Shown: positions 1 through 14,246, numbered from the stretch's first letter. The stretch: DNA of 42,166 nt from Bigelowiella natans CCMP2755 (GCA_000320545.1 ADNK01000540.1:1-42166), one strand, 5' to 3'. The notes: a model not told the origin generated them from the sequence alone. A program made the numbers and translations.

Positions 1-8
1 CTACTACC

Positions 9-835
9 TGTAGTATAGCGTCCGTTTAAACATAGCGCTTCGCGATCGTCCAGTTCGACCTGCGCCATCCCATACAACAACAACAAGAAGAAGAAGAAGA
101 AGGAGAAGAAGAACACGCCAATGCTTCCGTTCAGGCCTAGATCTCGAAGGCATCTAAACTTCCACAGGAGCGCCAGCTAAGTCATCACTATATAGGTACC
201 TCTCTTGACAATCCGGAGTAGTCGATCTTGTAGATATTTCCCTGGCCGTCATGCGTGTAGTTCGTAGCAATGGTGGATCCTCCTGCAAGTACCCCTCCCT
301 GTGCGTCAAGCTCACCCGGGCTGACGGTGCCTCCCCAGAAAGTCTTCCCCTCTACCTTGTCCTCTGTGCTGGCGTATACTCGACTACTCAAAAACCCACC
401 GTCGGGTGCGAGCAGTGTGCGAAAGTCAGTGATCTTGCCGTTACGGGACTCAGTGCCTCGGAGAATGAGGTCGTGTTGGAGGATTGGCCCCCCCCCCTGC
501 ATTGCCCCTCCAAACACGGTCTTTTGAGCCATTGCAATTATCTCTTCGGCGCTCGAGGCCTTAGACTCAGAGGCGCGAGTGGCGGTGGAGCGAGGCCGTA
601 AGGCGGGGGAGGGGGAGGCCTCGTGATACCGTCGGAGGATTCGACGCGTCGCCAAGGAAGAATGGTGGCTGTTTCGCCATCTCTGCTGTCGAGGCGAAGA
701 CAGCGGCCTCCCCGCTATCGATCTGGTACTGCGTGGTATTGCTGTACGAGCCGATAATGCGTCGGGTATGACACTTAACGCGGTAAGACAGGACAGAAGG
801 AGGGAGGGAGAGGGCGCGGGCATGGTCGCCGCCAT
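9..835 (-). CDS. Putative plastid-targeted protein of unknown function (spliced; continues off the left edge)
   Basis: ORF 188..835 begins with a hydrophobic signal-like segment (SLLLSCLTALSVIPDALSA), then a long Arg/Ser-rich transit-like stretch and a globular region. A GT donor at ~197 follows ...GLSRE. A further AG/GT-bounded exon at ~9-60 reads VELDDREALCLNGRYTT. Confidence 0.6.
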
Positions 836-3652
836 ACCGAGCTCTTATTTATTCTTGGTTGCTGTCAGCACGGAAGTGGGGCAATTATATACCCGGGATA
901 TATCGTAGATGTGTACGCTCATTTTGGGAGACAGAATTTCACAAAAGTACCCCTGGTTTACGACTGCGACGTGGCTATTTTCGAGTATTTGGTCTTTTTT
1001 AGCCACGAACGGAAGCGATTCTGTCACATGCCCTTGATCCCCGACTTGCGACATGGTGGGCAGGCGTCACACACATCTTCTTCTGTCAAAATCGACGTTT
1101 TTTCGTTGGAGAAACTTCTGGGAAAGCTCCCCAATGAAAAATCTCGGCAAATCCTTCTCCTTCTCCTTTGGAGCCGAGCTCCAGCTCGGCACAGATCGGG
1201 TAGCGAGGTAGCGACCGCTTTCAAAACTGAGCGCCCCGAGCTTCCCGTCTGCAGCATTTTTTCCTCCCCATTCGGTGCAACGAGCTTCGACCAGCAGCAG
1301 TGAGCGCTATTCGCCAAAGAGGCTGAGCGAAGCTATGAGGTTCGACTCCTCATGGGATCATGCACGACGGTTTGCCTACCCCCTCCCTGCAATGCCCCAG
1401 GGCGCGCTCTCAACTTGGGTAGGGCTTCAAAGGATGTTTCCAACGAATGGGATCCACGCCGATACTACCTTGTGAGGGATGCTGCTGCTGCTTAGAGCAA
1501 GGGCCATGTGAGGAGGGGCTAATCACCTCGACGAATAAGATAGGAGACGTATTGATCCACTTCTAACTTTTTTGGCTTCGGCTATTCGCATTTGTTTTCT
1601 TGGTGCAGCATGGCCTGTAGAATATCTATCTATAACAAGACCTTCAAACAAGCTAAGTCAAAATGAATATAGCATCTCGCCGATGTTCCACCTTCCACAT
1701 AAGGGCTCATTCCGTGTGGTTCCCAGGGCCAAAGTTCAGCACAAAGAGTTCGCGTCAAGGATAAACATGTGAGCTCAGTTCCTTACAAGCTCTGATGAGA
1801 TGGTTGGCTAGTATGGTCACGTGTATAGTGAGTGTATTAATCTCAGATATGAGAGAGAGAAGGTGTGCCAATGAGATGTTCGTGTTCTGATGTGAGAGGT
1901 CACATTCAGTGCCTTCTCGCAATGCTCCACAGTGAGGGATCACGTCACCACTTTCTTACTTTTGATTCATGATGAAGGATATTCTCCACAGCTTTTATGC
2001 TAGAATTCTCCGACATTTTTCATTCCCCCCCCCCCCCTCCCCCCTCTCTCGCTCGCTCGTGCGAGATCATGCGCTGGTGTTACTTTGCAATAGTTTCGGA
2101 GGAAGCAGGCGCCCGATTGAGAGATTATGGCATCTGAAGCTTCCGGAGGAAAGGAATGAGTAGAATCCATGATACCGTTTTTGATGAAAATCTGCGAGAC
2201 TTGTGTACAGTAGGGTCGAGTCCCAGGGACGAATCACAAGATAAGGAGGCCAAAAGGGTAAGAAACATCGACAGCTGCCGGAGCATTCATTTGGAAGCTA
2301 CCACCAACCAGAACGCGTAATAAGAGACTGGAAGAAGTGAAGAGCGAATAGAACGATGAGAATGATGAGTGAGCGTAATCAGTAAGGATGCTCACAACAA
2401 TGATGGGGACGGGCTCTTGTGTAAGTAGGCTATATTCCACCTACCATTACCACAATCTATTTCTCCTGCTTTTCTGATTGCACATATCCACTTCAGGGGT
2501 CGCTGCGGAGAGACGAACCCAATGGCAAGAGCTTGGTCGAGGAAGCTGACAAGGCCATACCATATTTGATGTGTGATGCTGAATGAGTGAGTATAGTGCG
2601 TGTGTGTTTGTAAATTGCACCTTTCTTGTTCATCCGTAAAGCAAAAGAAGACGCAGGAGCTACTGCGGGATGGAAGGATTTTGATAAAAACTACCGAAAG
2701 AAATTACGAACAAAAAAAACGACTTTTCTCAAAACGTAGCCAATAAAATTTCATTTGAAGCGTAAACCTAAATCAAATTCAGTGGATATTATTAGAAATG
2801 ATATTATCAGAAAATACTTTTGTTTCACTTCGAAATTTATTATTTTTTGTAAAGTAAACTTCGAAGTAAGCTTCCGTTGATCTTCGAATTCCATGCCCAC
2901 AACACACGCCAAGCAGTAATATATCTATCCCCTTCTACCTATTTACTAGGCAGCATATCCATAAAGTCCTTGGAGTCATTGGCCGTATTAATAGCTGTGT
3001 TAAGCTGTTCGGGTACTTAATCTACTCATTTTACGAATACACAATAGTCATCAGAGATACATCTTCATGCATGAAATTTATTTCCAATTTATTAAAAATA
3101 CTTTTTACAAGCTATCAATCGGCATGAATGATTGCGCCTCGTTGCACATGAACAGAGCAAACAATGCATATGCCTATGTGCATGTGATACCGTGATTATT
3201 GATACGCAATATGCTTGCCGCACTGAATTCAGCAAGCATCAAACTTCATAAATAAGTAAATAAGCGCGTATTATAAAGCGCGTCTGCATCAAATTTGAAG
3301 CTTCCTGCTTTATAGTCAGCATATAATTTAACTACTAATACTACACTTATACACCCCCCCCCTCCACACACACACACACACGCACACACACGTTATATAA
3401 ATAGCAACGCGTATAGCTAGTCAAATATCTTTGGCTTTACGCTGGTGTGGGCACATTGCTAGATTAGCTCAATGCATCGTTTCACGATAAAACACGTGCG
3501 TATCTAGGACTATGAAGCTGTTTCGTACGCATGCATGCGTATTTCGCCATGTAGAGATTTAAATGCGATGAGAAGCGTCAACGTTGATTCTTATCATCAT
3601 CACAGCAAACTTTTTCGTCGAATCTCGAGGAGGCGGCCGCTCGCTGCCGTCG

Positions 3653-4252
3653 CTATTTTGCTCCGTCATTCCGAGCTGCAAAGAGCTTGTACTTCGCCCA
3701 TGTATTCATGCGCTCGGAAAGCACCGGAACATAGAACGCCCTGTCGAAGAAGAGGAACTCTCAATGGATGACTAACAACGGTTTTTTTGGTGTTGTCGCT
3801 GTGCAACAAAAGGAGAGGAAAGGTGTGTTTTGATTCTCTCCCCCATGCTCAAAGAGCCGAAAACGCACCGAGCCGAGCACGACTCAAGAGTATACATCTA
3901 ACAAGCGGAAATGATGATGATAACAGCGCTACCTTGTGTACGTTGGCGATTGTGAGGCGTCCAGGAAGGGGAGCGACTCGATTTCCTCCCATTTTTTCGA
4001 GAATCCGCTGCTGCTGTAGCGTATGCCGTCATCGCCATCAAGCTCAAGATCCACGATGTAGCTGCACATATCTGCCTCGACGTAGCGGCTCGTTTCCTCC
4101 CTGATTGTTGGCATCGAGGTTCATCGTCATTGTCAGGTGAATGGCTATAATATCCTTGTTGGCGGTGCTAACAACTGCCTCCCAAATACGATGAAAATCT
4201 CAACGACGAATGAGGTAGATCGTTGTGCGAGTTGGATCTCATTCCCTCCTCT

Positions 4253-4288
<36 letters not shown>

Positions 4289-4524
4289 TCTCACTTTCTT
4301 TCTTTTATCGGCGTTTTACTGTATGATTGTTGGGGTTTTAGGGGGGGGGGAGAGGGAAGACTGTAGTGTTCTCCTCGCCATTTATTCTTCCTTTCTTCTC
4401 TCACTTGTTCAGATCGTTGAACCCCTCGCGACGGAGCGACGTAGCCCTGGGGAGAGGGGCATCCTCGACGAAGGGCTGTGGCAGCTGGCCTGTGAAGCCG
4501 GACTATACATAGAACAGAAATATT

Positions 4525-4575
<51 letters not shown>

Positions 4576-5329
4576 TGTAGGCATTCGAATTGCTTTCCTG
4601 AGAGTCTCTCTCTGCGGAGGAGTGAGCTGCTGCATGCACGCACGCACGCACGCACTGAGATAACCTTGAGATAGGCCAGGCGAAGGTCGTCGTGCCCCAG
4701 TATGAAGTGGGATGGGAAGCGGTACCTGGACGACAACAGCAACAACAGCCACAACAACCACAACAATCAACAACAGCCACAACAACAACAAGCAACAAGC
4801 AACAACAGCCACAACAACAACAATCAACAACAGCCACAACAACAACAAGCAACAAGCAACAACAGCCACAACAACAACAATCAACAACAGCCACAACAAC
4901 AACAAGCAACAAGCAACAACAGCCACAACAACAACAATCAACAACAGCCACAACAACAACAACAATCAACAACAGCAACGACAATCTCCCATGCAGCAGC
5001 TGATGATGATGATGATGATGGTGATGATGGTGATGACGATGACGGTATCATAGTAGTATCGTGAAGGACGATGGAAGCTTTGAGCTCTTACCACTCTTTG
5101 CCGACACATACGAGACTGGGCCGACCGTTTGTTCCCCGTCCCCACCCTCCTCCTCCTCCTCCTCTTCCTTTCCGTAGTGCGTGGTGCTCGCTGAGCATGC
5201 TGTAGATTCTGGACAACACACGAGTACATCGTGAGGTGAGACGATGATGAGGAGGAGGAGGAGGAAGAGGAGGAAAGAATTAGCTGCTGACAATGCTGTA
5301 TTTATGAGACCAACGTACAGCTTTCTTGC

Positions 5330-5365
<36 letters not shown>

Positions 5366-5901
5366 GTCTTATCCTCACTTTAACGGTGCGCCGTAGTAAC
5401 GAACCATCGCTGCTGCTCGGGAGACGTTCAGAAGCGAGACCAAACCTGATGGAGGAGAAGGATGATGAAGGAGGAGGAGGGGGAGGAGAGGAAGAGAAGA
5501 AAGCAACATCAAGTTCGCCTCGAGGAGCGGCTTCCAACTTAGCGAGTAGCAATTGTTCAGTATCTGCAAGGAGAAGAGGGGGGGGGGATGACCACTACCT
5601 AGCTGGAGGAAGAAGGATACGAGGAAGAGAGAAGAGCTAGTTCTCGCTTGTCGCGTCGCCGTTTTCTTGCCTTCTCCCCTCTTGTTTCCGCTGGCGCAAC
5701 AGAATGAAAGCACAGCTGTGGGGGTCGAAGCCAACGCCGTAAGTCCAATGGCACTGATGATCACAAATCAGAGGGGGGAGAGGGGGGGGGGGGATTGGGC
5801 AGTGAAGTCGTCTACAAACAACGGTCTTCTTTTCATGTTAAGCAGGATCGGAAGGAAGGAAGGAAGCGCCACAGAACGCAAAGGGAGAGAGAGATAGAGA
5901 T

Positions 5902-5946
<45 letters not shown>

Positions 5947-6586
5947 TAGGTAGGGAGGGGTAGAGAGAAGCTGAGCTTGGCGAAAAAAGGGTTGATACGA
6001 ACACAGGGTAATCTAGGGGAGGACGCGCGGGTGAAGGAAAAGAAAGATGACAACCCGAAGGCACGGTAGAAGTTGAGGAAGAGATACGAACGCAATGCAT
6101 ACGTGGGATCGTACTCCCAGGTCTGCATACCGTGGCCGTACATCAGAAAATGCAACGGCTCCTAAGAGGGTCAGGGGTTTTCAGTTAGCACGGGCACAAA
6201 ACCAAACGATCGAAGCAAGTACTACCCAGTAGTTGAATGTCTCGTCACAGTCAGCTATAGGGTTGATCATTGCAGACACTAATCGAGCCTGAGCATAATA
6301 AGCGCAATCATGGGGAACCCACTTTTTAAAGGAGGCCAGAGACGTTACCGTAAATATCAAGCAGAAGGCCGTGGAGAACGAAACGCCGCCCCCTTGGCTC
6401 TCCTTCTTGAGCGCATCCTCTGTCCGAACACAAAATTAAAAAAAGAAGAATGAATACGCCTCAACAACAACAGCGTCGTAATTCGAATAGCCGCCCAGCA
6501 CCTTGCGGTCGGAGATCCGAAGAGGGCGGGGATGGTGTTTGTTGCTGCGGCCTCTTGCGACGCCGGAGGGTCGTGTCGTCAGCCAT
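3653..6586 (-). CDS. ALG9: Alpha-1,2-mannosyltransferase ALG9 (GT22 family), multi-exon; central exons missing from this sequence
   Basis: Spliced reading: MADDTTLRRRK... ARLVSAMINPIADCDETFNYW / EPLHFLMYGHGMQTWEYDPTYALRSY (~6060-6290); SRAAAMVRYYGAPL (~5380-5430); LVCVGKEW / YRFPSHFILG (5090-5120, 4665-4727); SGFTGQLPQPF..GFNDLN / EETSRYVEADMCSYIVDL..PFLDASQSP / RAFYVPVLS, with stop at 3653-3655. These match hallmark ALG9 motifs. Confidence 0.92.
4731..4980. repeat. ~57-bp minisatellite (CAA-rich), ~4 copies, inside an ALG9 intron
   Basis: The unit caacaacagccacaacaacaacaatcaacaacagccacaacaacaacaagcaacaag is repeated in tandem. It produces 19-aa periodic ORFs in all frames. Confidence 0.9.
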
Positions 6587-6814
6587 TTCTACCTACCCGA
6601 GTCCCGGTTATTTCCAGTAAAATCTCGCTAAATACCGGTAGTTTCCGGGTATTCCTCTCTTGTCAGGAGAGCCCGCCTTTACTGTTGTCGCAGAGGTTGA
6701 AACCCCTCGATTCTGACAGCCGCCATTCCGAAGATGCCTCAAAAAGTGCTTGCACTATAGGACATTTAACCTATGCGACAGGTACAATTCCGTGTCGCAG
6801 GACGGAAATACGCA

Positions 6815-8544
6815 ATGGCCGGTGCTCCCGCGACTAATATCTCGGAAGGCAACGGGGAAGGACGATGTGTGGACAGGTGGGAGGGGGGGGAGAGGGAGCA
6901 GGGCAGAGAAGGAGTGGGGGGAATGAAGAAAGGGAGATATGGAGGGGGTGAGGAAAGCAAAGTACGGACAACAACAAAAGTGAGAAGGAGGGGGAGAGAA
7001 AAGGCTTCGTTTAATACGGATGATGTCCACAATTCAGCTTTAATCGATGGAAGCATAACTATTGGAGAGGAAATCGAGGTTCCCAGCACCCTTTCCCTAT
7101 CAACAGAGAACGATGCGATATTGCAACAAGTAACTCAGTACAGGCACATCGTAATCTCCCGGCTTTTTACTCACTCAATAATCCATTCCAGGGGCGTGCC
7201 GATTACCAAGATGATTAAGCTTGGCGGGAAGAAAAACGGGCTGAAAATTGGTGTGCACAACTCCCTAACGAGACATCTGGGAGCTATACCTACGTGGGCT
7301 CTGCCTAAGGAACGATGGAAAAAGCTGCCGAAACGGTGCGTTTGGATGGATGCGACTTCGTGCACACATCTCACAGTCTAATGAACAATTTTTACTAACC
7401 CTCCTTCCGCCCCCCCCCCTTTTAAGGGACGCAAAGGAGCAGAAATCCCGGATCCCTTCTATCCCATGGGACCACAATATGGAGTTTAAGCGACCAACGA
7501 AGATCGAAGTGTTGATGCGGGTTGGTTGCCTATACAAACAAATATTTATAGGATGGGTAGTGTTGTTTGTCGTATCGTCCGCCTCCGCCATCGTGGAGGG
7601 CACAGAACTTTATTTATACACGGTCCATTCGAATAACTGCTGCCTTCTTCCAAATTTGTACTGCCGTGAATTGGAACGTGTATATATAATGTATATTTAC
7701 TTCTGTGACCGCCACGATCGAGTTTCTCGTCTTTCCCCCTCCCTCCCCACTACTACTACTACTGCTACAATCACCATTCCATCCTTGCTCAGCAATTTGA
7801 ATTAACGCGTCGTGTTGGAGCGAAGATACGGAGTGAGATGCTTTCGCCTCGGAACAAGATCGGGCTCTCCATTTCATTCACAGGTAAATTAGAGGGGGGG
7901 GGGGGAGCTCGCAGGAAGTAGGAGCGCAGCATAGGGTGAATGCGATAGCCATGCGGGTGATTCTGCAGCAGCTAATGCTATTACTATTACTCAAACGTGC
8001 GACGCAGGGGTAATGATGCTGGGAATGCTCGAGAGCAGCTTGATGATAAAGCCAGGTGGTGACTCATCATCATGGGGACGATGACGACAACTATTACAAT
8101 TACAGAAAGAGAGGAGAGTATAATGACGAACAAGCACAGCTCTCTCAACCCCCCCTCCTTCTCTCCCATACGCATTCACACACACACACACACATCGAGA
8201 GATTACCTACGCGAGTGGCTCGTTACGTGCACATGAGGATAATATTCTCTCTCCTCCTCCTCCTCCTCCACCTCTTTTCCCCAGATGTGTTGGGAACATT
8301 CCAGCAGCTGACGCTAATGGCTCAGTATAGCACTTACAACCTCATACCCTCTATGATATGGGACACGATCCCGCTCGATCAGGTAGTGGATGGAGCTGCT
8401 TTACTTGCCTTTATTGATTGCGTTTGTACATATATTAATTTATCGTAATTATCATATGTCTAAGTGGATGAAGTACTGAGAGTGTCGATTCTAATTCTTT
8501 TCGAAATCGCCACACATACACACACGCATACACGCACGCGCGCG

Positions 8545-8588
<44 letters not shown>

Positions 8589-9066
8589 CACACATTGGCC
8601 AGGTGGCGCGAGCATGCGGATACGAGCCCGAGATCATCTGCAGAAGCTTCGACCTAGAATCTCTGGAAGGAAAACGGGTAGTTGCAGCAGCAGTAAGTAG
8701 CAGTAGCAAGCTCCTCCAACAACGACGATGACGCATAACGATGATGACGACGATGATGATGGTGGCCGTGATGGCGACGGTGGTGGTTTTGAATCTAGGC
8801 AGCGAGCGTTCTTGCGACTCGGACGAGGCTGCTCTGCGACATTCGCAGCATCATAGCATCGTTCATGACGTTGACGCAAATCATCCGCATGATTCAGATC
8901 GGTCGGTGGGGAGTAGCAGTAGCAGTAGTAGTACTAGTAGTGGTAGTGGTAGTAGTAGTGGTAGAAGTAGTAGGAGGAGGAGTATGAGTAGACACTGAGG
9001 CAGAGGATATGGGGGAAGAGGAGGAGGAGGAGGATGAGGAGGAAGAAGAAGAAGACCAAGGACAAG

Positions 9067-9102
<36 letters not shown>

Positions 9103-9391
9103 ATTTTAAATACGTAACAAAGACGATTGTCATGAGGAGTACAACGACGGCAGAGCTGACTATGAGCCTGAGCCTTTCCCGCCCCCTCTCCCCATATCTC
9201 CTCCCCCCCCCCCCCCCTCAAACTCTTCTTCTACCATCTATCTTCTTCGTGTAGTAATGATGATACGTGAGCTCGCGCACATATATGCTAACACATGTCA
9301 CACAACCACGTGTGTAGGTGGAGGAGGCCCTTGCGCTGGGGAAACCAGCGTCGGACCTTAGCATCTCTCAGGCATCACAGGTGAGGAGTAC

Positions 9392-9430
<39 letters not shown>

Positions 9431-10065
9431 ATATACATATATATCCAACAGACAAACAGTTGCTGCTCCCTTCTTCTTCCTTGTTTCTTCTCTCTGTCGA
9501 TACGACGGCTGCTACTACTACTACTACTACTACTTCCACTACTACTTCTAACTACTACTACAACAACACCACTCGTGCACACAAATGAATACAAGCAAAC
9601 ATGCATATAACAGGCGTTCCGTGTGCTCGAAATGGTCGCCAATACCCAGATCACCCAGCCTCCTGATCATATCGTGAGAGTCTTCCTCGCTGATACGAAA
9701 CAGGTCAATGCTGCTCTTCTCCCCCCCCCTCCCCCTCCTCTCTGGGGTCAGCCATTGTGTCAATACGCTGTAATTTCCAATCGGAATGGGGCTATGTAGC
9801 GCTCATCATTGTCGTCAACAGCTGTTTCTTTCTCAATAACCGTCGTCGTTGTCTTCATATCGTGCTCGGTCGTATTCTATCATCGTCGTTTCTTCTTCTT
9901 CTTCTTCTTCCTCCCCCCCCTCCTGCTTTAGAGGGTTGAACTAGGAGGAGACAACAAGATCGATCTGGTCATATTTCCTTTATGCATTGGTGCTATTGCT
10001 TGTACGCTGCATTTATTGATTGATTCATGTATATGCGCTTGTGTTGTGGCGATTTCGTCACCACC

Positions 10066-10098
<33 letters not shown>

Positions 10099-10970
10099 TT
10101 CTTCTTCTTCTTCTTCGTCATTTGCACCGTCATCATCTTCATCATCATCACCATCGCCGTCAGGGTCGTTACGTGTGGCAGACGAAGGAGGCTGATATCA
10201 TAATAGATGCGACTGCACCTCTCTTACACCAGGTATTACTACTAGTAGTAGTAGTACTAATAGTCGTCATCGTAATCGTGATAGCTTCGTTGCCTCTCAA
10301 TAGAGTATACCAGGCGATTAGACGGACCCCCCCCCCCCCCCCCCCGTCTCGTAATGCTACCCTTAAAAGACCGACTAATGGAAAGGGGGGGCGGGACGTG
10401 ATAAATACAACAATAGGTACTGGAATGGTGCGAAAGGGTCCAGACGTCACTCGAAGCCGAAGGTAACAGCGGCATGATTTCAGCTTTTTCCTTCTTATTC
10501 TTCTTCTTCTTCTTCTTCTCCTCCTCCTCTTCTCCCTTCTCCTTCTCCACCTCATCACCACCAACATCTTCTTACGGACGCTGATTACTCATCAGACTAT
10601 GATGTGCGAGGAGCATCCATCATCGACGAATCATCATCGTCATCAACGTCGTCGTTGTCGTCGTCATCGTGGTTCACCTCGCTTGCCCCATACCTTCCTG
10701 CCGCTAGCGAAGGCGCCGCTGAAGGCGGGGCGGGGGAGGGAGGGGAGGGAGAAGATGACAAAGTGAAGCGAGCGAAGAAAACCATCCTCTTCGATACGTC
10801 CAACAAGGACTACTACCATGTAGGGAGAATAGCACAAAACCCAGCTCTCCCCTCTCCTCCCCCCCTCCCCCCCCTCGCCTTCTCCCTCTTCAGGATGACG
10901 CTGTTGGTGGTGTTGTCGTTGTTGTCGTCCTCGTCGTTGTTGTTATTGTTGTTCGCCATTTCCATCGATC

Positions 10971-11005
<35 letters not shown>

Positions 11006-11078
11006 GCAGATCATTGGGGTGCTGCTTTCCAGGCACGGTAGTAGTCCTAGTAGTAGTAGTAGCAGTAGTAGTAGTAGC

Positions 11079-11110
<32 letters not shown>

Positions 11111-11115
11111 CAGTG

Positions 11116-11149
<34 letters not shown>

Positions 11150-12261
11150 CAGTAGTAGCAGTAGTAGCAGTAGTAGTAGTAGTAGTAGTAGTACTTTAAT
11201 GGTACGCACACAGTCGTAATGCTTCTCGAAAGACATGCAAGTATTCGCCAAAACAACGTTAAATCGCGGCCAGATATATTGGGTGTGGGCCCTTTCCCCT
11301 CCCCCCCCCTCCCCACCCTACCCCTCTGAAGGAGCTTATGATCTGGTGATATTGATATTCCCGGCAGGTTACAGAGTGCTCGATCGTGGGAGCGTAGATC
11401 CGCGAAAATCCTACCATTTTCCAAGACTTATATACAGAGAAACTTCAGCAGGTGGGTGATGCTTAAACCTCCCCCCCCCCCCCCCTTCTCCCTTTCACTC
11501 TCTTTCCCTCTCACTCGTTTTCTCAAACCATTTTCACGCTCTCTCCGTCTGATGGGGAGTGTAGACACGGTGAGCCTGTTTCATGCGCTGATGACGCGAC
11601 GACTAGCCGAGCCCTCTAAGTGCTGCATCCTCATCGACTCCACTAGCGTCAGACAGGTAGATGGGGAGGGGGAGGAGTAGGAGAAAACATGGCGGACAAG
11701 TAGAAAGAAGAGTTGGTGGTGGTGGGGGGGGGGGGGAGCACATATGTGCATGTGTCTCTCTCTTTCTCTGTGTGTCTTTTGTCTTTTGTCGCTGTGTGTG
11801 TGTGTGTGCGTGTGTGTGTGTGTGTGCGTGTGTGGGTGTGCGCGTGCGTGTGTGAGAGCGTAAACTTGCTTCGTTTTGTTTTAACGATTGCAGAGATCTC
11901 CTCAGTATATGTCTATTCGTGACTCCCTCTCTTCCTACCTCTTGCGGATGGTGTCGTTATTCTCCTCCTATTCCTCTTATTCCTCCTCCTCCTCCTTCCC
12001 CCCCCCCCCCTCCCCCCCTCCTAGGAATTAGAGTACATCGTTCGGACTTACCAGGCCTCATCGGCGCCAATGGGGACTCCCACGAGCGATCTACCGGAGA
12101 AGCCAAAGATTCTACGGACGGCATCAATCGGTCACTGACTTATCATAATAGTTGCCGTTCTTGCTACTGCTGCTGCTCGATTCATTAGATTTCTACCAGA
12201 GGACAGAGAATGTGCCGTCGTAGTCGTCGTTTGCTGATACAATAAATACCAAAAAAAATAT

Positions 12262-12303
<42 letters not shown>

Positions 12304-12561
12304 TTTATAAATTATCTTTCCTCCTCCTCCTCCCTTTACGGCTGCTCTTATGATCTCTTTGTCGCTCCCTTTAGTTGAGGCGGAGGGGGAGGCTGACAAC
12401 GGAAGCAGCCTTACCGGGAGCACTCTGAGCTCCTCGTCAAGCAGCGACGGGTCACCGTTTACGACAATTTGCTCCGCGGAGATCTACGATGACCTTTTCA
12501 GACAGGTAGTGCGCCAGTTATCATTCAAATGAGGACTTTCCCAATCCCCTCCCCCCTTATA

Positions 12562-12607
<46 letters not shown>

Positions 12608-12914
12608 TCCTTATCACTAATATCAGGTGCGCATCTGGACTAGGATGGGGTACAAGCCAGTCGAAATCCAGCGAGAGCTCTCTGCACGGTTCCACCCCCT
12701 GTACGAGATCCAAGACGACTTGAAGGAGGAGGCGGAGGAAAGCGAGGAGAAGGACCCCAACAAGCAGCTCCGAAAGCAGCGAGAAGCTACCACCGATCAC
12801 GACGCTGCCGCTGAGAAATCCAATGCCGTCCAAGAGCACAATGATGACGGTCCGAGCGATGGAAAGCAGGCTTCAACGGATGAAGAGCCTCGACGAGACG
12901 ATCGTGCTGCGTAG
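6815..12914 (+). CDS. Unidentified multi-exon gene (possibly two genes), divergent from ALG9
   Basis: A series of AG/GT-bounded, non-repetitive exon-like segments separated by microsatellite introns: DVLGTFQQLTLMAQYSTYNLIPSMIWDTIPLDQ (~8285-8383), VARACGYEPEIICRSFDLESLEGK (~8603-8677), VEEALALGKPASDLSISQASQ (~9318-9380), AFRVLEMVANTQITQPPDHIVRVFLADTKQ (~9614-9703), GRYVWQTKEADIIIDATAPLLHQ (~10164-10232), GYRVLDRGSVDPRKSYHFPRLIYRETSA (~11368-11451), and a last exon VRIWTRMGYKP...RAA* (12627-12914). Family not recognised. Confidence 0.5.
11039..11193. repeat. Long (AGT)n/(AGC) trinucleotide microsatellite, intronic
   Basis: About 150 bp of agt repeats with occasional agc/ggt interruptions. One of many intronic SSRs, e.g. 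(GA)n 14174-14241 and (TA)n ~31729-31792. Confidence 0.95.
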
Positions 12915-13979
12915 TGAAAGGAAGATGTGGCGGTGATATCAGCCGCATTTTCGTATGATGAGGATGTATGAGGACGCCACGGCGATGAAGCTCTGGTTCG
13001 CGTGTCATTGTGATGATACAGCGCAGAGTTACTCACTCGTCATTGTCAGTGTAATAGCAGGAAAGTAGATCCAATCTACGCACGCACACGCTTGACCGAG
13101 CGAGCGAGGTGGCTCTCATTTCCATTGTGTTTGCTGGCCCTGATATGCAATGGAAATGCTGCTGTGGCTTATGAGACGGATTTAATCGCTCCATTACATC
13201 CATATCATACATAATGCATCATGTAGCCATGTTAGCATGCGCAGCCACGTTTATTTGACATACACCTCACTAGCTAGCTAGCCTGTGGGCGATGTGTAGT
13301 CACAGCTGAATAACAGCTACACAGTTAAGCTAGTAAGTACGTAGACAATCTGCCAATAACAGCGGCGTCATATACTAGATATAGCTGCTGCAGGAATCAT
13401 CATTGTAATTTAAAACTGTGATGTATGCACAGCGCATGCACGACCGGCTATCTATAGCTATGATGCGTACACGTACAGAGTTGCATTTTTTTTTTTTCAC
13501 ATTGTGAGGCTGGGAAACAACGTACACCAATTACTAGGTCAAAAAGTATCGGGTATAATCGACAAGTGGCACAGTAATTTTTATTCGTTTCATAGCATAA
13601 TAATCGTACGCTGCTTATCGGCGCTTGGCTCGCAATGCGTTGCGTGTAAAATAATTTTGCGACAATGCATGCGTACGTACATGGCGACAAGAAAATTCAT
13701 TCTTAACACTTGCAAGCAGCAGCCTAGCGATACCTCTGCTGCTAGTGCAACGCACGGGAGAGAGATCGCCTTATGCTTTGTGTAGTCTCGCTTACGAGGT
13801 GGCTAGCAAAAGCTTTCCATCACCTTTTGTCCTCGAATCTTGGGTGAAAATTCAGCGCATCATCTATCTCCTTCCGACTGTGTACATATGTGTAGACAAG
13901 CATTATTCTCTCGGTATATGATTGAGACGGATGCAATGAATGGTCATCCTGGCAATGTAGCTGTGCAAAGCGATGGCTA

Positions 13980-14048
<69 letters not shown>

Positions 14049-14082
14049 GTTTGCAAAAAAAGTATGGAAGGAATTGTTGAAG

Positions 14083-14193
14083 CTAGGGCGCTTCTTCCTT
14101 CTTCCAAACGATTTGATTTTTCCGTGCATTTACCTTGGAAACCGAAATTTGGGCGACTGATCCTGCGAGAAAGAAGAGAGAGAGTGAGAGAGA

Positions 14194-14246
<53 letters not shown>

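Noticed and set aside
1024-2633. Possible small-exon gene on the minus strand
   Set aside because: Several AG/GT-bounded segments exist, but I could not assemble a consistent frame or recognise a product.
4731-4980. Regular repeat array that might be CRISPR-like or encode a poly-Q or Cys-rich protein
   Set aside because: There are no unique spacers. It is a head-to-tail low-complexity minisatellite inside an ALG9 intron, and the ORFs are artefacts.
10943-11424. Poly-L/V/S/Y ORFs
   Set aside because: Translations of the (AGT)n microsatellite.
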